This document shows, one piece after another, positions 1 through 7,284 of a stretch of 64,000 nt of DNA. Every line of letters starts with the position of its first letter. Within the stretch, counting starts at the first letter, position 1. Position numbers and translations under genes: made by a program. The notes under the pieces are model-generated. The model did no database searches. It saw only the letters and a list, made by a program, of their open reading frames with translations, and was not told where the DNA came from. Source of the DNA: Planctomycetota bacterium (GTDB taxonomy: Bacteria > Planctomycetota > Brocadiia > JAADGH01); the NCBI GenBank assembly GCA_040755855.1, contig JBFMAD010000003.1, forward strand, positions 32,001 to 96,000, read 5' to 3'.

Positions 1-2110
1 GATTCTTGTCGCTTCCCTTCTCGCCGAGAAAAATATCGTCGAACCATGCCTCGCCCCAGTGGGAACGAAATAGCGCATGGAGCGAGAGCGACTTGATCGG
101 CTTGGCAGGCACGATCTCCTTCTCGGACATCTCCCAGTCGTGCGTCCCGGGACGGAAGGGAGCACACTGGCCCCAGAGGGGCGTGCCGTCCTGGTATTGA
201 ATATCCGCGTGGAGCGCATAGTCGTTGTTCAGGCTTCCGCTTACCTCCTTCGCCTTGCTCCAGCCGCGGAGGATGAGCGGCTTCGGCTCCTTCTGATCGA
301 GCGTCAGGCACTGGACCGCGCCGCACTGTATCCGGGTCCCGAGGGATTCCCTCACCTTCAGGATTTCGTCCCCGAAGCGGTGGATGCAGCCTTTGCCGAT
401 GCTATGCCTGCCCAGCTCTGTGGGGAAAATCCGAATGGTCGAGTGGGCACGGCGGCCCGATAGGGTCGTGGTTGCCACAGGGAATCCGCCCCCGTGCAGT
501 TTTCGATAGAACTCGTCACGCGTCGCCATGTCCCCCGATGCGATGATCTTGCCTCCGCGCGCAGCGAACTCCTCCAGGAGGATCGCCTGCTTCGCGCTCA
601 TTGCCTCCACATTCGGCAGAATCACAAGATCGTAGCGGCTCAGCGTCTTCTCCAGATCGTCATCCGGCCAGAGCGCCGTTCCATCCCCGAGCGCGATCAC
701 GTCATAGGGAATGTGCTCCGCGTCAAGAGTATTGCAGTGGCCGAAGAAATGGCTGAGCTGCCTCTCGCCGGCCGGACTCCGCGAGGAGAATCCGAGCGCC
801 CGGCAGACATGATACATGAAGGACGGGACCGAATAGACGACCGCCACGTTCGCGTAGCTCCTGTGTACCCGCGTCAACAGATCCTTGTGTTTCTGCGCAA
901 ACTTTGCATAGCGGCTCAGCAGATCGTAAACCTTCGGCGCTGGAATGATCTCGACGCTTCCCGTCTCCGCCGACCAATGCGCGTTCTTGAGGAGATAGTA
1001 CGGCACGGCGCAGTTGGCGTAGCACTCCGCCAGAAAAATCTGCGACGGCCCGTACTCCTTCATGCACTGCTCGGTCGCAAAACCCCAGACCCAGATCGCC
1101 TTCTGGTGCCTGCCCGCGGCGGCGGAAATCTTGTAGTCGGCGATAAGTCGCCGCGCCGGATACTGGCGCGACCTCCACTCCTCAAGAAAGATCAGGTCGT
1201 TCGGCTGCGACAGCAGCACGGTGCTGTAGCAGTTCATCGCCGCACACCCCTGGTTGCCGCAGACGGGAATCTCCGGCCTGATCTGCTTCGCTGCACGAAC
1301 GGTGTCGTCCCACATCCGCAGGTTGGAAAGGTTCAGGAAGCGGACATACTCGCACACGATGGGATCATCAAGGGCGACCGCCGGGTGGCCGACGTACTTC
1401 TTGTCCCGAAAGTATTTTGCGAGATCGAACTTCTCTATATCCTCAATCCTGCAATCCTTTGCCTCGCCCGCGGCCCATCGCTCCTCCATGTACTTGACGA
1501 AGGCGGCGCGACACCCCTTGCAGAAACCGCCGTCGCGGACGATGCCCGGCACCATGCCGATATTGTCCTGCCTCATCAGGTCGGTGGTCTTTCGCTTCAC
1601 GGCGTCGAGGAGGTCCTGCTTGTGGAACTCATGCCAGCGGGGGGCATTGTTGCAGACGACCCACGCATTCCCCTTTTCCCCGCCCCACGAGAGGAACAGC
1701 ACCTGCTTCCCCTCGACATCCACGGCAACGCCGTGTTCGTCGTCGGGGACGTACGGCTCCTTGTATCGCCTCTCCCACGCCTGCCACTTTGCCTGATACT
1801 CAGGATACTCGATCGCGCCTGAGATGTTCTTCGGGCGGAAGGGATGATCCTTCAACTCCTCCTTCCCGGGCAATATGCTCCACTCGGCGACGTCGGGCTG
1901 GAGATCGTCCAAGAGGTCGCGGAGCGTCTTCCCCGGCGGGAGCGGCGTCTTCGGGCCGGGGCCGACCACCGGGACAACCACGTCGTATATCCACGGGCAA
2001 GGCGACTTCTCCGCCATCGTTCCCTCCCCAAGCATCTCGCAGCCTGCGCTCAACAGCAGAATGCCCGACGAGCAAACGGCGAGAGCACACAAGGATGATC
2101 GCATCTTCAT
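1..2110 (-). CDS. Partial (3' end off window) lipoprotein: GH42-like TIM barrel + beta-galactosidase trimerisation-like domain + C-terminal CBM-like domain
   Basis: Absent from the ORF track because it has no stop in the window. Translated by hand from ATG 2110 (AGGAG upstream): MKMRSSLCALAVCSSGILLLSAG|C lipobox; QDN..GGFCKGCRAAF; NVAVVYS...HIPYDVI...YDLVILPNVEAMS...EEFAARGGKIIASG; ends GTHDWE...AWFDDIFL. Confidence 0.75.
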   Translation of the reverse strand, partial: MKMRSSLCALAVCSSGILLLSAGCEMLGEGTMAEKSPCPWIYDVVVPVVGPGPKTPLPPGKTLRDLLDDLQPDVAEWSILPGKEELKDHPFRPKNISGAIEYPEYQAKWQAWERRYKEPYVPDDEHGVAVDVEGKQVLFLSWGGEKGNAWVVCNNAPRWHEFHKQDLLDAVKRKTTDLMRQDNIGMVPGIVRDGGFCKGCRAAFVKYMEERWAAGEAKDCRIEDIEKFDLAKYFRDKKYVGHPAVALDDPIVCEYVRFLNLSNLRMWDDTVRAAKQIRPEIPVCGNQGCAAMNCYSTVLLSQPNDLIFLEEWRSRQYPARRLIADYKISAAAGRHQKAIWVWGFATEQCMKEYGPSQIFLAECYANCAVPYYLLKNAHWSAETGSVEIIPAPKVYDLLSRYAKFAQKHKDLLTRVHRSYANVAVVYSVPSFMYHVCRALGFSSRSPAGERQLSHFFGHCNTLDAEHIPYDVIALGDGTALWPDDDLEKTLSRYDLVILPNVEAMSAKQAILLEEFAARGGKIIASGDMATRDEFYRKLHGGGFPVATTTLSGRRAHSTIRIFPTELGRHSIGKGCIHRFGDEILKVRESLGTRIQCGAVQCLTLDQKEPKPLILRGWSKAKEVSGSLNNDYALHADIQYQDGTPLWGQCAPFRPGTHDWEMSEKEIVPAKPIKSLSLHALFRSHWGEAWFDDIFLGEKGSDKN

Positions 2111-2155
2111 CGGCACTGCTCCTGTGAAATTTGCCTTCACCGTGAGATTTCTCTC

Positions 2156-3115
2156 CTACTTCTTCGGCGCCTTCGGGTGCCAGTTCCACATCGTGTCCAA
2201 CGGCCCCAGCCCCTCGGAAAGCGGGGCGCTGATGTCGGACAGGCGCTTCCAGTCCTCGGGGTCCAGCTTCCAGTCCAGCGCGCCGAGGTTGTCGTCCACC
2301 TGCTCGGGGCGGGACGCACCAATGATTGGGGCGGTGACGCCCTTCTGATCCAGCAACCACCGCAGCGCCGTCTGCGCCGCGGTCTTGTTATACTTCGCCG
2401 CCACCTTCTCCACCGCGTTTACCACCTTCATCGTCTCCGCGAAGTGCTCCGGCTGCAGGCGGCGGTTCTTCCCGCGCGGGTCGTTCGGCACGTCCTCCAA
2501 CTTCTTGAACCGCCCCGCCAGCACGCCCTGGCAGATGGAGGAGTAGGTGATGACGGCGATGTTGTGCTTGATGCAGAGCGGCAGCACGTTCTTCTCGACG
2601 GACCGCCAGAGCAGGTTGTAGCACGGCTGGAGGCAGTCAATCCGCGACGGATCGTTGATCTCCTCCCACTCCGGCTCCATCCAGTTCGACACGCCGATGA
2701 CGCGGATCTTGCCCTCCTCCTTCAGGCGCTCCATCTCGCCGATCGTGTCGACCAGGGGGATATCCGGCGGGGGCCAGTGCTGCTGAAAGAGGTCCATGTA
2801 GTCCGTGCCCAGCCGTTGCAGGGAGGTCTCGAGGTGCTTCCGCACATCCGCGGGGCGGCTGGCGTTGGGCGAGAACTTGGTCGCCAGGACGACCTTGTCG
2901 CGCCGGCCGGCGATGGCCTTGCCGACGAGGTCCTCGGAGTGGCCGCGTCCGTAGCCCTCGGCCGTGTCGAGGAAGTTCAGGCCCTGGTCAATGGCGTATT
3001 GCACCGTCCTCACGAATCGCTCGTCGTCCGACGACGCCCATCCCGCGGCCTGCCAGCAGCCGATGCACAATCGCGAGACCTTGATCCCGGCCCGTCCGAG
3101 TGTGGTGGTTTCCAT
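2156..3115 (-). CDS. Aldo/keto reductase
   Basis: LGRAGIKVSRLCIG, FLDTAEGYG, VVLATK, SLQRLGTDYMDLFQQHWP, GKIRVIGVSN, PIIGAS motifs; start reset to ATG 3115 after GGAGGAGG. Confidence 0.95.
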   Translation of the reverse strand: METTTLGRAGIKVSRLCIGCWQAAGWASSDDERFVRTVQYAIDQGLNFLDTAEGYGRGHSEDLVGKAIAGRRDKVVLATKFSPNASRPADVRKHLETSLQRLGTDYMDLFQQHWPPPDIPLVDTIGEMERLKEEGKIRVIGVSNWMEPEWEEINDPSRIDCLQPCYNLLWRSVEKNVLPLCIKHNIAVITYSSICQGVLAGRFKKLEDVPNDPRGKNRRLQPEHFAETMKVVNAVEKVAAKYNKTAAQTALRWLLDQKGVTAPIIGASRPEQVDDNLGALDWKLDPEDWKRLSDISAPLSEGLGPLDTMWNWHPKAPKK

Positions 3116-3276
3116 CGCTTCCTCCTCCTGTCTTGTGATGACCCCAATTATGCCTTTCCGCAAAGTTGAAGATAGCAGAGGACCGATGGGAAGTCAACCT
3201 TCACCATTGACTATGCCCGATGAGGACAGGTAAAATCTAACCCGTACCCATTCCCGCTAAGCGAAAGGAGAATCGA

Positions 3277-4515
3277 ATGGCAAAGGAAAAACTGGCGATC
3301 AACGGCGGCGAACCGGTCCGAAAGGGCGGGTTCCCATCGGGGAACAAGGTCGGCAAGGAAGAATTGAAGGAACTGATTGACGTCATTGACTGCGGCAATA
3401 TGTTCTACGCGAGCGGCACGAAGGTGAAGGGCTTCGCGCAGGAGTTCGCCGCGATCCACGGCGCGAAGCACGCCGTCACCAGCACGTCGGGCACCGCGGC
3501 CCTGCATGTCGCCATCGCCATGGTCAATCCGTCGCCGGGCGATGAGATCATCGTCGGCCCCATCACCGACATCGGCAGCATCATCGGCATCGTCTTCCAG
3601 ACGGCCATCCCCGTCTTCTGCGAGGTCCGGCCCGACACCTTCAACATGGACCCTAAGGACATCGAGCGCAAGATCACCGACAAAACCAAGGCCATCATGG
3701 CGATCCACCTCTTCGGCAATCCGTGCGACATGGACCCGATCATGAAGATCGCGAAGAAGCACAAGCTGCTCGTCATCGAGGACTGCTCGCAAGCGCACAT
3801 GAGCGAGTACAAGGGCAAGTTCGTCGGGACCATGGGCCACATCGGCTGCTTCAGCCTGCAGCAATCCAAGCACATCACCGCCGGCGACGGCGGGATCACG
3901 ATCACGAACGACGACGATCTCGGGGCGCGCGGAGCGCTCTTCATGGACAAGGGGTGGCATCGCGGCGAGCCAGGGGCGAGGAAATATACCGTCTTCGGCA
4001 TCAACTACCGCATGAACGAGCTGACGGGCGCCGTCGCCCTGGCGCAGGTGCGGAAGATGAAGAACGTCGTGGCGCTCCGCCGGGCGCGGGGCGACCTGCT
4101 CAGCGAGCTGATCGCCGACAATCCCCACGTCCAGCCGCAGAAGCTCTTGGATGGGTGCAAGCACACCTATTGGCAGTACGGCCTGCGCGTCCTCGACGAT
4201 GCGCCCTTCACGCCGGCGGACTTCGCCAAGGCGCTCAAGGCGGAGGGCATCGGGTGCGGGCAGGGCTACATCGGCAAGCCGATCTTCCTCTGCCACGAGG
4301 CGCTGCGGACGCAGACGATTTTCGGCGACTCGAAATTCCCCTTCGACCACCCGAACACGCGCAAGGGCATCGCCTATGACGAGGCCACCTGCCCCATCAC
4401 GCAGAAGGTGCTCGACCGCATGGTGACCGCCTCCGTCAGCCAGTTCCTCAGCGAGTCCGACATCCGCGACATGGCTGAAGGGATCAACAAGGTAAGCCGC
4501 CTATTGAAAAAGTGA
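3277..4515 (+). CDS. DegT/DnrJ/EryC1/StrS PLP-dependent aminotransferase
   Basis: STSGTAALH, IEDCSQAH, FSLQQSKHITAGDGG (PLP Lys), GINYRM; AAGGAG RBS. Confidence 0.95.
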   Translation: MAKEKLAINGGEPVRKGGFPSGNKVGKEELKELIDVIDCGNMFYASGTKVKGFAQEFAAIHGAKHAVTSTSGTAALHVAIAMVNPSPGDEIIVGPITDIGSIIGIVFQTAIPVFCEVRPDTFNMDPKDIERKITDKTKAIMAIHLFGNPCDMDPIMKIAKKHKLLVIEDCSQAHMSEYKGKFVGTMGHIGCFSLQQSKHITAGDGGITITNDDDLGARGALFMDKGWHRGEPGARKYTVFGINYRMNELTGAVALAQVRKMKNVVALRRARGDLLSELIADNPHVQPQKLLDGCKHTYWQYGLRVLDDAPFTPADFAKALKAEGIGCGQGYIGKPIFLCHEALRTQTIFGDSKFPFDHPNTRKGIAYDEATCPITQKVLDRMVTASVSQFLSESDIRDMAEGINKVSRLLKK

Positions 4516-4567
4516 TCCACGGCCGAGACGCGGCGAAGAATCAGGTGGTAGGTGCGGAGATGATGAC

Positions 4568-4622
4568 CGTCATTCCCGCGCAAGCTTGTCCCCGCAGGCC
4601 GTAAGCGGGGAGCGGGAATCCA
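4568..4622 (+). repeat. CGTC-type REP-like palindrome with nested inner hairpin
   Basis: CGTC-ATTCCCGC...GCGGGAAT-CCA enclosing CCCCGC..GCGGGG. Confidence 0.65.
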
Positions 4623-4719
4623 CGATGCCGGGTAACGCAACAGCGAAACCACGAAGCTCACGAAAAACGCGAAGGGAAGGCAGAACGAGGGTGAGGCCCG
4701 TTCTGTTACGACGCCACGT

Positions 4720-4746
4720 GTGGCACGGCTTGCTTGCCAAGCCGTG
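4720..4746 (+). repeat. GTGG-tagged REP-like palindrome
   Basis: GTGG-CACGGCTTG-CTTGC-CAAGCCGTG, perfect 9-bp stem. Confidence 0.65.
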
Positions 4747-4811
4747 GTTGTTCGGCCCGTCACACAGGTCGCAGGCAACCCGTGGCATCCGCAGGGACTC
4801 ACCAATTCTCT

Positions 4812-4840
4812 TTGCTGCATTGGCATTTTCGTGATATAAT
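4812..4840 (+). promoter_or_regulatory. Sigma70-type promoter for the orphan gene
   Basis: TTGCTG-N17-TATAAT with TGn extended -10. Confidence 0.55.
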
Positions 4841-4891
4841 ACTTTTCTACCGAGGGACATTCCTTTCTGTGCGACTGAAGGCAGGTTGCCG

Positions 4892-5497
4892 ATGATTAGA
4901 ATCTCCGAAGCTATCGCCAGTAAGTTGGGCAAGCTTTTCGGGCAGGAGTACCAGGGCGAATACGAGAAGCACGTCCACCCATGTGTAGTGCGTATTGCTT
5001 CTCGCCTTGACCAGACCGAGAGGCTGCTTGAGCAGTGCTACGACGACGCATTCATCTCAGAAGAGTCAAATCGCGAGCAACAGGAACTGTACGTGGAGAT
5101 TCTCAGCTTGGCGTATCAATTCACGAAACGTCTCGAGCATCTCTCGACACAGGTGAACAAATGCCATTCTGTGAAAGTCTACCCATCAGTGAGTAAAACA
5201 CTCGAAGACATACTCCGTGCTCGCGGCAACGCTGTCCACTTCCACGAGCCTTGTTACAATTACGAGCAACCGGATGGCGAAGTTGTCGAGTGTGAAATGC
5301 ACGACACGTGTACTACGCCATTCGAGGGGGAATGCATCTCGATCACAATCAGAATAGCAGAAGAGGATGGGCAGATCTGCTACGAGGAAGACGCCCTAAA
5401 CTTCATTGGGCAGTTGAAGTCATCCATTGCGGACGTTCTTGGAAAATACCATAGCCGATTGGAGTCACAGATTCAGGTGCGGTGCCCGAGTCCGTAG
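4892..5497 (+). CDS. Hypothetical ~200-aa protein, possible HEPN-like (Rx4H motif)
   Basis: Open frame with its own promoter, visibly lower GC than its neighbours, RGNAVH at 5222-5239; start may be TTG 4886. Confidence 0.6.
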   Translation: MIRISEAIASKLGKLFGQEYQGEYEKHVHPCVVRIASRLDQTERLLEQCYDDAFISEESNREQQELYVEILSLAYQFTKRLEHLSTQVNKCHSVKVYPSVSKTLEDILRARGNAVHFHEPCYNYEQPDGEVVECEMHDTCTTPFEGECISITIRIAEEDGQICYEEDALNFIGQLKSSIADVLGKYHSRLESQIQVRCPSP

Positions 5498-5545
5498 ATT
5501 TGACAGTTGGCTTTGCTCTCTGTCATTTGGTCCCGAACTATGCGG

Positions 5546-5577
5546 ATGCCATGCTCGGGCTGCTCTGAGCGTGTCTT
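5546..5577 (+). repeat. Degenerate copy of the TGTGCCACGCTCAA..TTGAGCGTGTCTT palindrome family
   Basis: ATGCCATGCTCGGGCTGCTCTGAGCGTGTCTT matches the reverse complement of the copies at 38095, 50179 and 57607. Confidence 0.55.
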
Positions 5578-5608
5578 GCCAGCGGAGTCGCGTTGCCGAT
5601 AGTCCTCC

Positions 5609-7183
5609 CTATCTGCTCCGCTGCTCCTCCATCGCCATCTCCCGCAGCCTGAACCGCTGGATCTTGCCGGTGGCAGTCTTGGGGAGATCGGGCACAAAGA
5701 GGATGGAACGAGGATACTTGTAGGGGGCGGTGGCCCGCTTGACGAAGTCTTGCAGTTCCTTCGCCAGCTCGGGCGAGGGGGCGCGGCCATCCTTGAGAAC
5801 GACGTAGGCGCGGGGCTTGATGAGACCCTCCTCGTCCGGCACGCCGGCCACGCCGCTTTCGAGGACCGCCGGATGCTCCTTGAGGACGGCCTCGACCTCC
5901 GTAGGCCAGACGGCATAGCCGCTCACCTTCATCATGTCGTCCGTGCGGCCCTGATACCAGAAGAAGCCGTCGTCGTCCACGCTGAACTTGTCGTGCGTGT
6001 TGATCCAGTCGCCGTGGAAGGCCTGCTTCGTCTGCTCGTGCTTGTTCCAGTAGCCGGACGCGATGCTGTCGCCCTTGATCCAGAGCGTGCCGACCTGGCC
6101 GTCGGAGATCTCGTTGTCGTCGTCATCCACGATTTTTGCCTCATAGCCGGGGACGATCTGCCCCGTGCTGCCGGGCCGCGCATGGCCGGGGCGGTTGGAA
6201 ATGAATATGTGGAGGATTTCCGTCGAGCCGATGCCGTCGAGGATCTCCACGCCGAAGCGCTTCTTCCACGCCTCGAAGATCGGCTTGGGGAGAGGCTCCC
6301 CCGCCGAGACGCACATGCGGACCTTGCCCAGGCTCGTCCGTCCGGACTTCTCCGCCTCATGGAGGAGGGCGGCGTAGCTTGTGGGCACGCTGTAGAAGAT
6401 CGTCGGTTCATACTGGTTAATGATCTGGAAGCACACATCCGGCGCCGGCCGGCCAGGCAGGAGGACGTTCGTCCCGCCGACGCGGAGGGCGAAGTAGAGG
6501 CCGTTGCCGAGACCGTAGGCGAAGAAGAGTTTGGCCACGGAGAAGCAGACGTCGGATTCCCGTATGCCGAGGACATCGCGCGCGTAGAGGTCCGCCGCGA
6601 CGATCATATCGTGGTGGAGGTGGACCGCGCCCTTGGGGAAACCGGTCGTGCCGGAGCTATAGAGCCAGAAGGCCGCGTCGTCCTTGTTCGTGTCGGCGGG
6701 GTCGAGTTCGGGGGAGGCGTCGGCCATGAGGCGCTTGAGGGAAAGATATCCGTCCATCTCAGCGTCGGAGACGATGATGTGCTCCAGGTATTTCAGGTCG
6801 CCCCGGATGGATTCGATGTTTCGCAAAAGCGAAGAATGGACGACCAGCGCCCGGGCGCGGCTGTCGTTCAAAAGGTATTCGTAGTCCTTCGGTTTGAGGA
6901 GTGTGTTCATCGGGATGGCGACAGCGCCGGTCTTCATGGCGCCGAAGAAGGCATAGACGAATTCTGGTGTGTCGGGCAAGAGGATGGCGACGCGCTCCTC
7001 CATGCGGATGCCGAGGTTGCGGATGGCGTTGCCGAAGCGATTGACGCCCTCGGAAAGTTCGCGGTAGGTGACGGTCTCGCCCTCGCAGAGGAGGGCAGGC
7101 TTGTCGGCCCGGCCCTCGGCGATATGGAGGTCCACAAAGACCTGCGCCGCGTTGAGTCGTTCGGGCAGGATCAACTCCGTCAC
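5609..7183 (-). CDS. Benzoate-CoA ligase family AMP-binding enzyme
   Basis: FWLYSSGTTGFPKG, AKLFFAYGLGNGL, SAGEPL, DGIGSTEILHIFISN, LPKTATGKIQR; GTG start after AGGAG. Confidence 0.92.
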   Translation of the reverse strand: MTELILPERLNAAQVFVDLHIAEGRADKPALLCEGETVTYRELSEGVNRFGNAIRNLGIRMEERVAILLPDTPEFVYAFFGAMKTGAVAIPMNTLLKPKDYEYLLNDSRARALVVHSSLLRNIESIRGDLKYLEHIIVSDAEMDGYLSLKRLMADASPELDPADTNKDDAAFWLYSSGTTGFPKGAVHLHHDMIVAADLYARDVLGIRESDVCFSVAKLFFAYGLGNGLYFALRVGGTNVLLPGRPAPDVCFQIINQYEPTIFYSVPTSYAALLHEAEKSGRTSLGKVRMCVSAGEPLPKPIFEAWKKRFGVEILDGIGSTEILHIFISNRPGHARPGSTGQIVPGYEAKIVDDDDNEISDGQVGTLWIKGDSIASGYWNKHEQTKQAFHGDWINTHDKFSVDDDGFFWYQGRTDDMMKVSGYAVWPTEVEAVLKEHPAVLESGVAGVPDEEGLIKPRAYVVLKDGRAPSPELAKELQDFVKRATAPYKYPRSILFVPDLPKTATGKIQRFRLREMAMEEQRSR

Positions 7184-7213
7184 AACGTATCTCCTACAAC
7201 GGGTGAGTATTGG

Positions 7214-7242
7214 ATTTTACGGGCCGGATGCGCGCAAGTCAA
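7214..7242 (-). promoter_or_regulatory. Sigma70-type promoter of the CoA ligase
   Basis: TTGACT-N17-TAAAAT on the minus strand. Confidence 0.6.
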
Positions 7243-7284
7243 GAAAAACGTTCGGGGGAGCCTCCCCGGCGATTGCCGAGAAGA

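Noticed and set aside
494..1822. 442-aa plus-strand ORF
   Set aside because: Antisense shadow of the minus-strand lipoprotein gene; no motifs.
4516..5600. Integron cassette (attC-flanked orphan)
   Set aside because: No convincing RYYYAAC/GTTRRRY-bounded attC and no integrase in the window.
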